The notes under the pieces were generated by a model. The model worked only from the letters and a program-made list of their open reading frames with translations, was not told where the DNA came from and did no database searches. A stretch of DNA of 64,000 bases. It comes from Mnemiopsis leidyi (lineage: Eukaryota). This document shows, one piece after another, positions 1 to 13,945 of this stretch (position 1 is its first letter; every line of letters starts with the position of its first letter). The translations under genes and the position numbers were made by a program. Location: contig CM108483.1 in NCBI GenBank assembly GCA_048537945.1, forward strand, positions 9,786,715-9,850,714. Reading direction: 5' to 3'.

Positions 1-1918
1 CCTGCGCTAAAAACTGGTGTAATAACCAGACTACAAGAGCTCAACAAGCCGGAACTCAACAGATCGCCTGTGTCAAGGAATGTCCTGAGTTTCCCGTACA
101 TCCGGGTGTTATGCCTGAAAACTGACGGATTTGGAATGAAAACATACCCAAAAACACCCGGAAGTGTTTTTTATTATTGCACGAAGAAATTAAAGAAATG
201 CAAACCTGTGCAGAACACAGATCACTAGGAGGAAAGAAACCGAAGAGCACTACTGTATTCGCCAGGTGCCTGCATATTATAACACACTGGATCAAATTTC
301 TTTCAGTTGGAGTTACAGCTTCGATCGGTCTGGTGAGCAGTCAAACTATGTATCGAATGTGTGGGTTGGCGAGGACCGTACTTAATCAACTGTGACGACA
401 GCTGATCCTAAATGATTCTTAGAACAGCAAGATTCACTGCATAGGGGGTACCTTAAGCCTTTAGAAATGTTTACTATCTAATTCTATGTTCAATTATTAA
501 TCCAACACTTAATGGCCAATAGAGTAAGGCTTTTTCGGGGAAGGTCAAGGGTTCAAAGATATGATGTGCTAACGATACTTGTCGACTGCCGATATTGATT
601 GGTTATCAATCCTAAATGGTGCAGTTTACAGGTTTCACACTTAAACGTCTGTGAAAGCTGGGAAATCAGAAAAATACGCCAACATTTGAGCACAAAATCA
701 CTGCGGCATCAACTTTATTAAAATTATAGTACTATTACAATATAGTACACTTTGCCAGCTGGCAGACATTGTGTAATGATCTATATGGACATGGACATGA
801 CAGTCCTTGTAGAGATCTCTGTGAGTGTGCGGGAGGAAGTAACAAGTATAGAAGTGTCGCACGTGCACGTGCAACTAGTGAAGACCAAGTGTACAGCAAG
901 TGAAGTTTGCTAACTGTCATTCCTGGACAATGGGGGTTGTCAGGCGTGTCGTGGGAATTTGGAGAATTTTCAGCTTTCTATGTTTGTATGTATGTCACAC
1001 TGTCAACTGTCAGCTACCACAGCAGATTTTATCTCAGTGCTGTCTTTCTTTGACACGATCATTTATCTATATTTTTTCGCCATCGCAGCTTTTTCTCATG
1101 AAATCATTAACATTTTGAGAATTCCCAGATACACTTGATCAAAAAGATTTGGAGATATTCTATTTCATGATGAAAGTATGGGCATCCATGTTCACGTGCT
1201 TAGAATAACAATGCCTGTATCAATTAGCTGCTGTCTCAGTCTTATATCTTGAGCAATGCTTATTTGTTCTGCTTTTTTACGACAGTAAGACACCGATCTG
1301 TTACGCTTTATAGGGCATGGCAGATAATTACGAATCATTAATAGAGGTATGAAAAACTAATTCGTAATTGTTCTGCCTTTTCTTGCGGAGATGAGGACAG
1401 CTTAAAATGGCTACTTGTTCCGAAAAATAAACAAAGCATCAATCTCTTTCAATAAAACTAATAAATCAAATATTTAAGCACTTATAGATAGATGCAGAAA
1501 ACTTAATTTGATTAACCCATAAATTTAGAGATTTTTATCCACATGATCTTCTTCAAAATCACTTTACTAAAAAGTGATAGTTGCTATCAACCGACAAGAA
1601 ATAATCAAGCGTGGGAAAAACTTAATTATCATCATGAAACGTCAATAGTTTTTTCAACAGTTAATGTTGATTCTAGATTTAACCCAAGACTAGCTGTGAA
1701 CTATGATACATTGGGATACTAATTAAGCGTAAGCATCCGCATTTAAAGAAACTACGTGATAATTAATGTAAAATTAAAATTCATTTCTGGGTCCTGGGAC
1801 ATGGGTCTCTCTGGCAGTCTAGCGAGTCGCCAATATTCATGGATAATGATAATGGTAAATCAACATCAAGTACATTCTAGTGCTATATGAACTGTAGAAT
1901 GTAAACTACAGTCAGCTC

Positions 1919-2243
1919 ATAATGAATCAGCCGACCATCCCAATATAATGCATCTTAACGGGTAGGTGTATGGGAGTAAAACGAGCAAGGTGCTATAGCA
2001 AGGTGCTATAGCAAGGTGCTATATAGCAATGTGCTATAGAATCTTCCCGCTGTTAGGGGAAATAATAATGCATAGATTCAGCTAATAATGAATCAGCCGA
2101 CCATCCCAATATAATGCATCTTAACGGGTAGGTGTATGGGAGTAAAACGAGCAAGGTGCTATAGCAAGGTGCTATAGCAAGGTGCTATATAGCAATGTGC
2201 TATAGAATCTTCCCGCTGTTAGGGGAAATAATAATGCATAGAT
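1919..2243. repeat. Two tandem copies of a ~166 bp unit, each with an internal 3x caaggtgctatag motif
   Basis: The 1919-2075 block recurs almost identically at 2085-2243, read directly from the sequence. Confidence 0.85.
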
Positions 2244-4252
2244 TTACGGTAAAATGTGGACACTGTAAAATGATTATACTTTAAAACAGTAATAAGAAAA
2301 AAGAACAATACGGCCACCTGTATGGATCAAAGTAGTGGAGAACTCAGAAAAACAATCTCGAGGATTCCAGAACAAGACATATTACATATTAAAGTTCTGA
2401 TTAGAGAAAGTGCGCTATTTTCCAACTTCTACAATCTACATGAAAAGAAGTTAGCAACTTGAGCTGATTCCCTGGTAGGAAGACATTTAAGGACAGGAAT
2501 TTTGTTGCCATGCTCCTGCATTGCTGATGCTCTGGAGAAATATTCCATTGGCATTATTAGTTCTAAAAGTATGCGTGCGATATCTAAAGCACACAGAAAA
2601 CTTAACCGGTGAAAACCAATGAATAAGCATGTAGCAAAGCTGTCAATAACATTGAAAGCAAAAGACATATGAAAGGAATGAATTAGCCCAACGTTACTGC
2701 AGTTTTTGAAGGAAAGATTAACATTTTAGCATCCATTAAGAAAGAACCTTGAAAATATAAACGCAAAGATTATCCCTGATCTCGATTGACGATCAAAGTC
2801 TTTTAGAGCCTTGCAACATTTTTAGAACGAGAGTAAAGAGGTTTTTCACTATCGGCCAACCAATGTGCATACAAGAAAGCTTTTACGAAATACTCAGTAG
2901 TCTGTGAGAAAGATAACACCTGGTCCTCACAACCATGTGATTCACAGAACACGTGACAGGCAAGTCGTGAAACAAGCTGTGCTAACTCATGACAATTACG
3001 ATTTTCTATATTCGGCGAGAATTCAAAGCAGTTCAAAGAAAAAAGTTTCTGTATCACCAGAATCAAAGAAAAAATATTTTAGTCCCACGCGTTGGTGCCC
3101 ATAAAATGTATGCATTATACATAGATACTATGTGTCTGATGATCAGTGAACAGTGCTCCTTGAAAAAGACTAAATATAGCAGCTGACAAAGCTGCATTAA
3201 TAAAGATTGGAGGACGGAGGCGCTTTAGAAGCAGCAGTGCCCCTTTTACTGTGTTCTAACAAGTACCCCTACAATGATTCATTAATCAACTGTTACGACA
3301 GTTCAGGTTTTCTAATATTTAACCTCTCCAGCACTCTTTTCATCATTTTGAGCAACGGTCAAACCAGTTCCATGGTACTTCAGTGTGGAAGAAATATATT
3401 GAGGTATTGCAAGTAAGTAATTGGATGTAGCTTGTTTGAGGCTATATGCCTTTCAGCGCGAAAAATATGTTAGAAATGCTTGACAGAAAGATTTTTATGT
3501 CATGTTGACAAAGTGTAGAAGAGTAAAGAATAACAGTTTTCATATCAACGTCTGTTGAAACACTGAAATTCATATGTTACAACATGGCAGTAGATGTAGG
3601 GGCTAGAGGCGTATTAGCAGAGAGCCTTATAAAGGCAGCTGCAGCAATTGGGATTAGAGGCCGAGCCCGGAAAAAACTAGTAAGCGATGTTGGGATGAAG
3701 GCATGCCATTGATCCAAATGACTGTCTTGGTTATGCGGGAAAAGGAATGGGAGAGAAGGGATATTGAAATGTGAGTGGGCGTGTTCTTTGAGTTCCTGGT
3801 GACTGGTCTGACAGCCTAACTAACCCGTGAACCATTAACCGGGCAGGGTGTCATGACCAGTCTTTTGGGAGGGTTACATGACCATCCATTTTCCTGACAC
3901 TCAACTTGTAGTCCGGAGTAACGGTCAAGTTTCAGCTCTTGGGCCGCTGAAATTCGCTCCTCTGAAGGGCACGTTAACTCCCACCATACAATTCTTTTAG
4001 TTGAGGTCGATTAGATGATCAGGTCGGGTTAAGCCTAGTGCCTAGTGGTCGCCACCTCAGATGGGAATTTGAGCTTGCCATTGACATCTGCTAAAAGCAC
4101 CCAGTCTTTAGCTTCAGTTAAGACAATATTTAAACATTGAAGGTAATCAGTACCTTTGCCAACAATATGCCTTAAGTTAGAGCTATAATATGGCGATTTT
4201 AGCAGAAGAACCAAATATAACTACCTTCAGACTATCAAGATTTAGAACTTCG

Positions 4253-4541
4253 TTAGCTTCGCAGCATCGGAATAAACATGTCAGGGGTAGCGGCTAACTC
4301 ACCCTCGTCCTCGTTCTTTACTCCTTCCTCCTCCCCAGCCCTCCTTCCCTCCTCCTCTTCCTCGTCCCCCCTGAGAGTAGTATCACTGTCGTAGTCATCA
4401 AGACCTCCTCCCTCACTGTCCTCGTCCAGTTCGTCCAACTCACTGTCCGCCCTGACACTCATACCACTGGCTGAACTGACAGGACGACTAAGTGTTCTGA
4501 CTCGGTCTTGTAGAGTCATCACCTCGCTTGTCAGACTCTCG
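4253..4541 (-). CDS. Putative terminal coding exon of an unidentified gene (coiled-coil-like start, acidic D/E-rich tail, stop at 4253)
   Basis: 89-codon open frame on the minus strand in AT-rich DNA, preceded by a polypyrimidine tract and AG acceptor (tgtgtttgacag|AACGAG), and ending in a stop. No family recognised. Confidence 0.3.
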
Positions 4542-7500
4542 TTCTGTCAAACACAAGGAAATATTCTCAATATTACTTTATTGGTTATCAAGTTTGGCAT
4601 CGAACTTAGCAGATGGTGTCAGCGAAGAGGGTAATATTATCATCTCGATAGCTTGTGCTATTTGTGGGTACCATGAATGATTGAGCAGTATTTCGCAGTG
4701 AAAACTGTAAAGCAATGACAAAAATAATTTTTAAAAACAATGCGTGTATTTTAATTGTATTCAATAAAGTTAAACGTTCTACAATTAAGAATTTACTGAT
4801 GACTGATGTTGTCTTCAATTTAAATTTTATTCGTTTTTAATGGTTTACTTTTCATTAAACATCTTGCGCTGATTTCGTTGCTTTGTTCAATTTTTTCTTC
4901 CTAGCTCCAGCCATCCGAAAGATTCCAATTTTTCAGAAAAATGTTCTGACGAGTCCGAATCAAACGCAAGGAGTATCCCAAGTACTTTAAAACAGCTGGC
5001 GTTTAAATGGATTTCGCATACGAAGAAATATTGAGTTAGCATTCAAACGCGAAGTTAAACGGGTCCATGTAAATCGGTATTGTATACCCTTACTTAAGCT
5101 AGCAAAGTAAAAACGTAGTGAAAAACAATACCACTTATTAACAATGAAGCTCAGAATTGGGCTATTCTGAATGAAATGCAATGTTTACGACACGCTTGTA
5201 TGGGGCGACTTATCATGACAGCAATAAACAATCCGTGGTGCCATCTTTTGTCATTACAATTACATAATCATTAAAGCATTTTATTATTATCCGAATTTTA
5301 ATTAAACATTCTTCAACATAGCAAGCGTAAGAAGGTCAAACTGCCGAGATTAATAGCCGCAGGCACCTTGCTTATTCACTGCATCTCAGCGTTACCCAAA
5401 TTCACCTTTTTCAACAAAGTCTCATTCTGTTTGCACACCTCCGAAAGTTTCTCCTCCAATTCCAACAACTTCCGGTCCCTGTACGAGTCAGTCCGGCGTA
5501 CTCCGGAACCCTTTCTTCCGGCCACAACGACAGCCATTATCGGCCGATACTGCCGCGATCCGTAGCGATTTCACAGGTTAAACTCTAAAAACGTTAGATA
5601 AATGTTACAATTGTAACGTCTAGGCGTAACTCTATCCACAAACAAACACTGGAAAACGTTAAACGTGAGCTTATATTAACGGTGTATTGTAGCTTATATT
5701 AACCGTATATCATAGCCAGATAATGGTACAGAATATGTTACTATACCCAACAGAGCTCCAAACACTGTGATACTGTTAGATAGTACTGTAATACCGATCT
5801 ATTTTTAGCACGAATGCGCGAGTTGTGAATTTTCTGAAAAAGCTTGACACACCACCTCTAGAAGACCGGAGCTGGTGAAGAACCAAAGAGGCAACTAAAA
5901 GCCCAAAATTACAAAAGGAACGGTAAGAGCAGGACAACTAGCTAATAACAGATATGATCACTTAATCGTTTATTGTTGAATCTATGCATCTATAGCTAAA
6001 CGGTCTACATGACACCTAGAATTCCAATAGCAGGAACTGAGAAGCATTAAATCAGGATCCACCCAAACAAGCGGTACTCCAGCGTGGTGCCGGAATTCTA
6101 GCAACCATGCTCCAATGAACGGAGGAAGTAGAGAAACTACTCCACAGATCGGTGCTGTTAACAAAAAGCGGAGACCCAATCCTTGCTTTACAAACATTTG
6201 TCACACATCCTGATCATTTGTGTAGACTTGGTTGTCTTTTAGTGTTCCGTGAATGATGATCTATGGCTAGTGTGTGTAGGATTTACCGTTAAAATAGTTC
6301 AGTTGAATAGACTCTGTGTGTGAATAATGTGAACATGAATGAAGGTCCACAATATTTAACTAGAGTAAGCTAAGTAAATAACCCCTCGATATCCAGAGAT
6401 TTAGCTTTCAAGATTGATCACAAATCCAGTTGACTATTTCGCCATCTTTCGATAACAAACCCATGTATCGGTCTTTTGCGATGGCAGCAGGCAATAAAAC
6501 TGAATACAGTTAACAACAACAAAAAAGCATGAAAAAGACTGGGTATGAAACAGATTATATGTGCGCAATAATTAGGATTTATAACTGATACTCACTTGCA
6601 TCCTCATTCCTCATCTTTGCGATGGCCGTTTACGTAGGATACTTGAGCGGACACCATGCAATACACCTAAATACTACAAGGTTCTGTGAATAACATTATG
6701 TGAGAATCATGAATGTATCTAATGGAAAGGTTGAAGGTGTTATTGTGACGGAGTTAACGCGATAGAATGTTAATTGTTACCTAGACCACTCATCGTTAAA
6801 CATAAGTAGAGATAAGGTTAACAATGTTAGAGATTTCGTCAGAGGTAATCTAATTTGTGGACCAGACTACTTGAGCAAGTAAAGATGAACAAAACGACAA
6901 ATTATGCGAGGATTAGGAAATCAAATGAAGTGACAAAAAATCAATAATTCCTGAAATGGAATGTTCTAGATATCGTCCAAGATATAAACGATTAACACAA
7001 CTACTTACAACTTTGGCAATAAAATACAAGAAATCCAGGTACATCTGCCATACAAACTTAATCGTCCCAAATATCGTCCCAAATAAGCTCCTTACCAGAG
7101 TCAGAGTAAGGACATGAGTAATGTTAACAGTACAACAAGGCAATACACCTGCTGGTACCGCGGTAGTTCACTCTTAGTTCGGACAACAAGACGATTGGGA
7201 CGCAAATATTAAATATTATAGACAATATTGTATATAGTATATATAGTCATGTAGTAGATATATGTGTTTTATAATATCTAATGACGCAAACATTTGGTGC
7301 ATGTTATATTGGAAGCGGCGACTACAGTACAAATTACAAAACATACACACACATGAACTAGCACAGGTGCAACCAAGTCGTGGACACTAAAAATCGATTA
7401 ACATATGATACCCAATATGTTAACAACGTACACTGGAAAACAGTCGGTAGATATATGATCGATTTAATAAGTTTTAGGGGCACTTCCTGAAGTAACTTAA

Positions 7501-7734
7501 ACGATCTGACTTATCGTACACAACTTACTAAATGTAGTGGTCGATTCCTACTGTTGGGCACCGCGGTTACTGCAAAGTCAAGCGGCACACAATCTGGCCG
7601 CGACAACAAAGCTTATCTAGCATTGTTGTGTTCCTAAACGCTTAACAATACACTGCACCGAACTGTATATTAAATATAACTGTACATTATCTGAACTCAT
7701 AATGGACTCATTATCTGAAATGATTAGAGACAAG

Positions 7735-8925
7735 CGGTGTGGAGCGTGACATGGAAACATGGATCAGTGAAGTGTGGAGGAGGGTGACAGGGAAACCTGG
7801 ATCAGAGAAGTGTGGAGGAGGGTGACAGGGAAACCTGGATCAGACAAGTGTGGAGGAGAGTGACAGGGAAACCTGGATCAGAGAAGTGTGGAGGAGGGTG
7901 ACAAGGAAACCTGGATCAGAGAAGTGTGGAGGAGGGTGACAGGGAAACCTGGATCAGAGAAGTGTGGAGGAGGGTGACAAGGAAACCTGGATCAGAGAAG
8001 TGTGGAGGAGGGTGACAAGGAAACCTGGATCAGAGAAGCGTGGAGGAGGGTGACAGGGAAACCTGGATCAGAGAAGTGTGGAGGAGGGCGACAGGGAAAC
8101 CTGGATCAGAGAAGTGTGGAGGAGGGTGATAGGGAAACCTGGATCAGAGAAGTGTTGAGGAGGATGACAGGGAAACCTGGATCAGAGAAGTGTGGAGGAG
8201 GGTGACAGGGCAACCTGGATCAGAGAAGTGTGGAGGAGGGTGACAGGGAAACCTGGATCAGAGAAGTGTGGAGGAGGGTAAAAGGGAAACCTGGATCAGA
8301 GAAGTGTGGAGGAAGGTGACAGGGAAACCTGGATCAGAGAAGTGTGGAGGAGGGTGACAGGGAAACCTGGATCAGAGAAGTGTGGAGGAGGGTGACAGGG
8401 AAACCTGGATCAGAGAAGTGTGGAGGAGGGTGACAGGGAAACCTGGATCAGAGATGTGTGGAGGAGGGTGACAGGGAAACCTGGATCAGAGAAGTGTGGA
8501 TGAGGGTGACAGGGAAACCTGGATCAGAGAAGTGTGGAGGAGGGTGATAGGGAAACCTGGATCAGAGATGCGTGGAGGAGGGTGACAGGGAAACCTGGAT
8601 CAGAGAAGTGTGGAGGAGGGTGAAAGAGAAACCTGGATCAGAAAAGTGTGGAGGAGGGTGACAGGGAAACCTGGATCAGAGAAGTGTGGAGGAGGGTGAC
8701 ATGGAAACCTGGATCAGAGATGTGTGGAGGAGGGTGACAGGGAAACCTGGATCAGAGAAGTGTGGAGGAGGGTGAAAGAGAAACCTGGATCAGAGAAGTG
8801 TGGAGGAGGGTGACAGGGAAACCTGGATCAGAGAAGTGTGGAGGGGGGTGACAGGGAAACCTGGATCAGAGAAGTGTGGAGGAGGGTGACAGGGAAACCT
8901 GGATCAGAGAAGTGTGGAGGAGGGA
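7735..8925. repeat. Minisatellite of ~30 copies of a 39 bp unit gtgacagggaaacctggatcagagaagtgtggaggaggg
   Basis: Near-perfect tandem iteration visible directly, with point variants among copies. It lies within a SHANK intron. Confidence 0.95.
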
Positions 8926-9399
8926 CAGGAATCAGAGGACGGAGCTTCAGTTACTTGGAGTTCAGACGGATTGCCTAATTTCTCTAACTATCTTACAGTC
9001 GGCCCCAACAATAGCATCTCGTCACTACGGAACACAGCCCCGATTGGGAAGGTAGATGATGTAATTAAACTTAACAGTTGCACTCTAACTAACATATCTG
9101 TTTTATGTGGGACCCATCGTGCCGTGCGGCTACACAAACGATACAAAACGAAGATTAAGGATACAAAATGTCAAGCAAAAATTGAATCGAATGACGCGAG
9201 TTTAACTAACCCCATCTTGAACGACTGAACGTTATTTGATTATTTGAATTAAGGGCTTCTAGTTCAGATTTATGGGCAGTGTTGTCTGTTAGCTCGATTT
9301 TAAAATCAGAGCAAAATTGTTGCTGCAAGCTCCTTGATTCTCTCCGACGTCACAATCTCAGACGTCACAATCTCACTACAATTAAACACAACATCATAC

Positions 9400-9544
9400 C
9401 TGCTTGTTCAGGTTTGAAGTTGGTGATGTCGTCCATTATAACAAAGTTGGAGGTCAGGGCTGCTACTTCGTACGCGGTCTGTCCGGCTCTGTTCCGTATC
9501 GTCTTGTCGATACCACGGTACAGTAACTGTCGGGCACAGTGCAC
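9400..9544 (-). CDS. SHANK: SHANK-like gene, ankyrin-repeat exon (VHCARQLLYRGIDKTIRNRAGQTAYEVAALTSNFVIMDDITNFKPEQA)
   Basis: Minus-strand translation aligns with the end of the SHANK N-terminal ANK domain (vertebrate ...ARVLLFRGGNKELKNYNSQTPFQVAIIAGNFELAEYIKNHKETD). AG acceptor at 9545-9546 and GTATGA donor at 9399. Confidence 0.7.
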
Positions 9545-9884
9545 CTAATAGCCAGAGTAGTTGATATTAAAGAGTTGGGCAAAGAGAGTAAGGGGTTTTG
9601 AAATGAATAGTAGTACGTGATCGACCGATAACCGTGTTTGTAATTTTGTCCCGGTCGAGAAGCTGGTGGATCTCTGGTTAAAGTGATTGTTTTTGGGCAG
9701 GTATTTCCAGCAATGGCAGGAAACATTTTGGATCACGTTTTTGGATAAAAGAAGTCACGAATAAGCGTAATTGTTCGAGACGAGAGAGACGGATAGGAAG
9801 ATAATCTATTATCTGAGTTAAGAATTATGGATATTTAAGAACTGAGGTCAAATCTTTAGTTTTATGCTCTAAAAGAGTACTAAC

Positions 9885-10001
9885 CTTGTTGAAGCTCGCA
9901 CTGATGTGAAGAGCTGAGTTTCCCGCCGAAGTTCTAGCGTTTATTTCCGACCCGTAGAGAATCAGCAGTTCCACTAGGTCTGTCTTTCCTCGCTTACAAG
10001 C
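9885..10001 (-). CDS. SHANK: SHANK-like gene, ankyrin-repeat exon (ACKRGKTDLVELLILYGSEINARTSAGNSALHISASFNK)
   Basis: In-frame 39-codon exon matching the SHANK stretch ACRYGHVQHLEHLLFYGADMSAQNASGNTALHICALYNQ. cccag acceptor and GTTAGT donor; phase 0 on both sides. Confidence 0.75.
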
Positions 10002-10248
10002 CTGGGTGAATATATATTTTTAGTGTTCAGTTGGAAGGAGGTAGTGCTTGGAAATCGTCCTTTATGAAGTATGTTTAAAGGATGGAATTATAAAGAAGAT
10101 TGTCCAATTACCCGAATTCACAGTAACGTATTTATAATCTATTCACTTGCCGTCTCTGTTATATATTCTTATATTGAGATGGGAAAAGATTAATCTGAAA
10201 CGTAGTTACACACACGCTATAGGCAGGTCGAAGAGAAACTACACAAAC

Positions 10249-10419
10249 CTGATGTAACTCATTCCACTGTCCAGTGTTGTCTACAATGTTCAGATCGCAC
10301 TTCTCCTTCAACAGAATCTCAGCTGTAAGAGTGCTGTTCCCGTCACAGATCGCATTGTAGAGAGGTGTCATGCCCTTCAAATCTCTGGAGTTAACAGACG
10401 CTCCAACATCAAGGAGCAC
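10249..10419 (-). CDS. SHANK: SHANK-like gene, ankyrin-repeat exon (VLLDVGASVNSRDLKGMTPLYNAICDGNSTLTAEILLKEKCDLNIVDNTGQWNELHQ)
   Basis: 57 codons matching SHANK LLELGASPDYKDSYGLTPLYHTAIVGG...CCKDENGWHEIHQ. tttcag acceptor and GTTTGT donor; lies within track ORF 10159-10440 (-). Confidence 0.8.
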
Positions 10420-11402
10420 CTGAAACGTTATATAAGGCACTTCATGTGGAACTTTGAGTATTTATGTGTTAGTACTTAACTCTTGAAGTATACTTAGATT
10501 ATCACGCGTTTGATGGGTGTCGAGTCTGAATTCGATTTACATTTAAAATTATACCACGTGTTTACACGTTACTCAGTAGACCGCAGTTTTCAATTAAATT
10601 GGTGTGATATAAAATAAAAAGGGAATCTTAGGAACCATTTAGTTGCTGCGGGCGGATACATTTTGAAAATCTTAATTTGCTTGTCTTCCCGCCCAGCAAC
10701 TTTCATGTTGGAATCTATTAAACTTATACTGTGCGCGCGTAAAAACGCGCGTGAAAGTAAGCTCTGTGTAAGATTTTCAAAACAAGAAGATTTATGCGTC
10801 TTACAGTTATGCGTGAAGACCCAGTAGTAGTATCATTCGTATCATCATCACATTATTGCGGAAAGCAAATCAAATAAAATCTGTTGGCGTGTAAATACCA
10901 GCATGCAAGAACGAACAGATTTTTACGCTACACTTATTTGGAATGTATCGGCTCCGACATTTTCAAGGAATGTGCGTGAAAGCAAGAGCAAGCACACTTG
11001 CTTTCAGATTGTTTTAAAATTTTAAAGTAAAATCAAGAACTTAATTTCTAATGTTTTAATACTTTCAACACTACTATTATACAAATAATTTGAGGTTTGG
11101 CAACATGATCTGGCGGGCCAAACTATAGCAATAGCCGGAGAAGAACTCTCAATCTTGGGTACGTATTTGCGTCGATTGCCCAAAAGGGAGCTGCTTTTCG
11201 CTGTCATTGTTTTACACATTCAGCTTTGAAGAATTTACGCTGTTTGTGTGTTTGAAGAATTTGTTCAAGACTACTCAATTTCAGTTGGTACCAGCTTTCT
11301 GTGAATACCTGTTACCCACTGTAAGCTATTTTGTTTTCTGGATTCTGCCGCTAAGTTTTTCAGATACGACTGGATCCTATCTCGTGTCTGGGTACTGCGA
11401 CC

Positions 11403-12827
11403 ATGGAATTGGAAGAGGAGTTAGCAAAACAGAGGGTAGTCATTGGGGGGCTTCTCAATGTAGCAAGTGCAGATGCTAAGAGAGTACTCGCTGCATACAG
11501 TCCTGAGAAGGGTTACAGTTACAATCTAACAAAGCTTCTAAAATGTAACTCGAGGCAATTAGAAGCTTGTGCTAGTTTAGTCGGTCTGAAGGCTAGGTCT
11601 GCCGACGGAAGTGATAAACTGTATCAGAAGCTTGAGATCTTAGCAGATAGGATTATCCTGAAGATAGAGTCACTGTTCGAGGCAGAATGCAGTGACTGCA
11701 GAGCTGTGTACTGCAACACACTCGAGTCTGAGCCGCTATTCACGTGCAGGCTCTGTTTACTTGGCAGTCATAACTGTGAGGAGATCAAGAGAAAGGCGGA
11801 AAACGTTGGCCAGCTGTATCCATCTGGTTTTGTCTGGCTGTGTAACGTTTGTCTCGGGAAAAACGACTTGGTTAGCATGCTTTCTCCCACCAACACTCTG
11901 AAAAAACAACCTCTAAAGAAGAACTCCAAACCTACAGCTAGTGTGGAAAAACTTAACACTATCAAGGAAAAGGATTCGGAGGAAGAGAAAGCCGAAGAAG
12001 AAGAAGAGATAAAGGAGGAGGAAGACAAGGTGGACGAGAGACAGAGCCCTAATAGGGTTCGTGATGATAGAGAGAGCGAAAAGTCTGGCAGGGAGAGTCA
12101 GAAAGAGAAGAACCGTGAGATATGCGAGCTGTACAAGAGGAGAGCTTGCCCCCATGGGCTTAAGGGAAAAACTCTACATGACGGAAAGGTGTGTGATAAA
12201 AGTCACCCTAAGAAATGCTTCAAATTCTGTGATTTCGGTTCGAGACATAAAAATGGATGCAAGAGAGGCAAGAAATGTCAGTATTGGCACCCGAGACTTT
12301 GCAGGTTCTCGCTGAAAAATCAGATATGTGAAGTTGAAAGCTGCACCTTCCAACACCTAGTTTTTGACAAAAAAGAGAGGCGTGTGGGCAACAAGGAGCC
12401 GACAGGAGAAGAAAGGGGAGAAAGGGAGAGTGATGTGACAGGAAGGCCTGCAACAACCCGCAATCTGGATCGTGCACCCAAGTTCAGTATTGCTTCATCA
12501 GGCTACAACGGCAGCTACACCCCTTACCCCCCAACTATAGGGAAGCCTGCACCCTCCAAAAAGCAGACGGAAGAGGAGGACATTTCTTTTTTATTCAAGC
12601 TGATCGAGAATCTTCGGGTGGGATTCCAAGAGCAGCTAGAAGGGTTGAGAACAGAGATTGTGAAGGGGCGAGACACGGGGAATCAACTGGCCAATCAGCA
12701 GAGCCAGCAGGAATTCAGGGATCCAAACATGCAGGTGTGTCAGAGAGGGATGCAGATGAACCACCCATTCCCGTACCTGATGCCACACCCGTGGTACAAC
12801 CAGAATTATCCTCCTTTGTCCTCCTAA
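11403..12827 (+). CDS. LINE ORF1: gag-like nucleic-acid-binding protein with Cys-rich zinc-finger/knuckle clusters and an acidic/basic low-complexity linker
   Basis: 474 aa ORF with Cys clusters (CSDCRAVYCN...CRLCLLGSHNCEE...CNVCLGK; CPHGLKGK...CDKSHPKKCFKFCDFGSRHKNGCKRGKKCQYWHPRLC) lying immediately upstream of and overlapping ORF2, the usual LINE layout. Confidence 0.75.
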   Translation: MELEEELAKQRVVIGGLLNVASADAKRVLAAYSPEKGYSYNLTKLLKCNSRQLEACASLVGLKARSADGSDKLYQKLEILADRIILKIESLFEAECSDCRAVYCNTLESEPLFTCRLCLLGSHNCEEIKRKAENVGQLYPSGFVWLCNVCLGKNDLVSMLSPTNTLKKQPLKKNSKPTASVEKLNTIKEKDSEEEKAEEEEEIKEEEDKVDERQSPNRVRDDRESEKSGRESQKEKNREICELYKRRACPHGLKGKTLHDGKVCDKSHPKKCFKFCDFGSRHKNGCKRGKKCQYWHPRLCRFSLKNQICEVESCTFQHLVFDKKERRVGNKEPTGEERGERESDVTGRPATTRNLDRAPKFSIASSGYNGSYTPYPPTIGKPAPSKKQTEEEDISFLFKLIENLRVGFQEQLEGLRTEIVKGRDTGNQLANQQSQQEFRDPNMQVCQRGMQMNHPFPYLMPHPWYNQNYPPLSS

Positions 12828-13945
12828 ACGGACAAAGTGTGTCTCCTGCAGCAACAAGCACATCAAGGTGGAAACTCCCATACCTGGAAAAGACCATAAA
12901 GGAGTTTAGCTGTCCACCACCTTTTATGGCCATCACAGAGACGTGGCTGAAGGGCTATATTAGTGACGCGCAGGTGACAATTGAAGGATATCAGAGTTAC
13001 AGATCAGATAGAGAGGATAGAGTAGGAGGAGGCTGCTTGCTCTACATTCATGACAGCCTTGTAGTCACGGACACAGAGCACTACGAGGACAAGCACCATA
13101 ACATGATCATGTGTTATGTTAGGTCCTGCAATACAGTAATTGCAACTATATACAGACCACCTGGACCCGAGGCACTAGGCTGGAAAGCACTACTTGATAG
13201 GTTACAGATAAAAATTGATGGCTTATCTGAGGGTGGCACAACTCCCGACCTTTACATAGTAGGCGATTTTAACTACCCAGAAATGTACTTGGACCTTGGA
13301 TACTCAGAGCATAGCAGTAGGCCTGGACAAGGTAACGAGTTACAAGAGTTTGTCGATCGAAACTTCCTAACTCAGGTTGTTCAGAAGCCAACAAGAGAAG
13401 GGAATACTCTAGACCTGGTATTTACGAATGTGTCCAGGTACGTTATGGAAGTCGAAGTGAGTGACACCATTCTTTCAGACCACAGGCTAGTGGAGGTACG
13501 GTTGGGGTTCAATATGGTCGGCAATGCCATCGCAAAAGAAACTTCACTGGATCCGTACTCATTTAGAGCAGTTGACTATCACAAAGCCAACTTTGAGGTA
13601 ATGAATCTACAGTTATCCGAAGTGAACTGGGAGGAACTGTGGGAGCTGTGTGACAATAATCTGGGGGAGTTCTTGGAACTTATGCGGCTAACAGTCCTGC
13701 AAGTTACTCTCCTGCACTCGCCCCCAAAGGAGGACAAAGCTGCTGCTATCTCAAGGAGGAGAAGGGCTAACAGGCATATCAACGTCATGAAACGGAAAAG
13801 AAGAAAGCTTAATGCCAGGATAAGGGCGTTAGAATCAGCAAATCCAGGCTCAGGGAGACTGCGGGATCTTAAGTCTGAAGTGGCACTCCTTTGCTACGCC
13901 ATACAAGAGGGTACCCTGAATAAACTGGACAAGAGGGAGAAACGG
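12737..13945 (+). CDS. LINE ORF2 5' part: apurinic-endonuclease-like (EEP family) domain, truncated by a transposon insertion whose first 3 nt (tag) create the stop
   Basis: Typical LINE APE motifs (ITETWL, LLYIHD, YRPPG, IVGDFN, LDLVFTN, SDHRLVEV). The ORF runs into TAG at 13946-13948, which is the first triplet of the inserted element. Confidence 0.85.

Noticed and set aside
8002-8205. 67 aa ORF with repeated WIREAWRRVTGKPGSEKCGGG
   Set aside because: It lies inside the 39 bp minisatellite (39 = 13 codons), so the periodic peptide is an artefact
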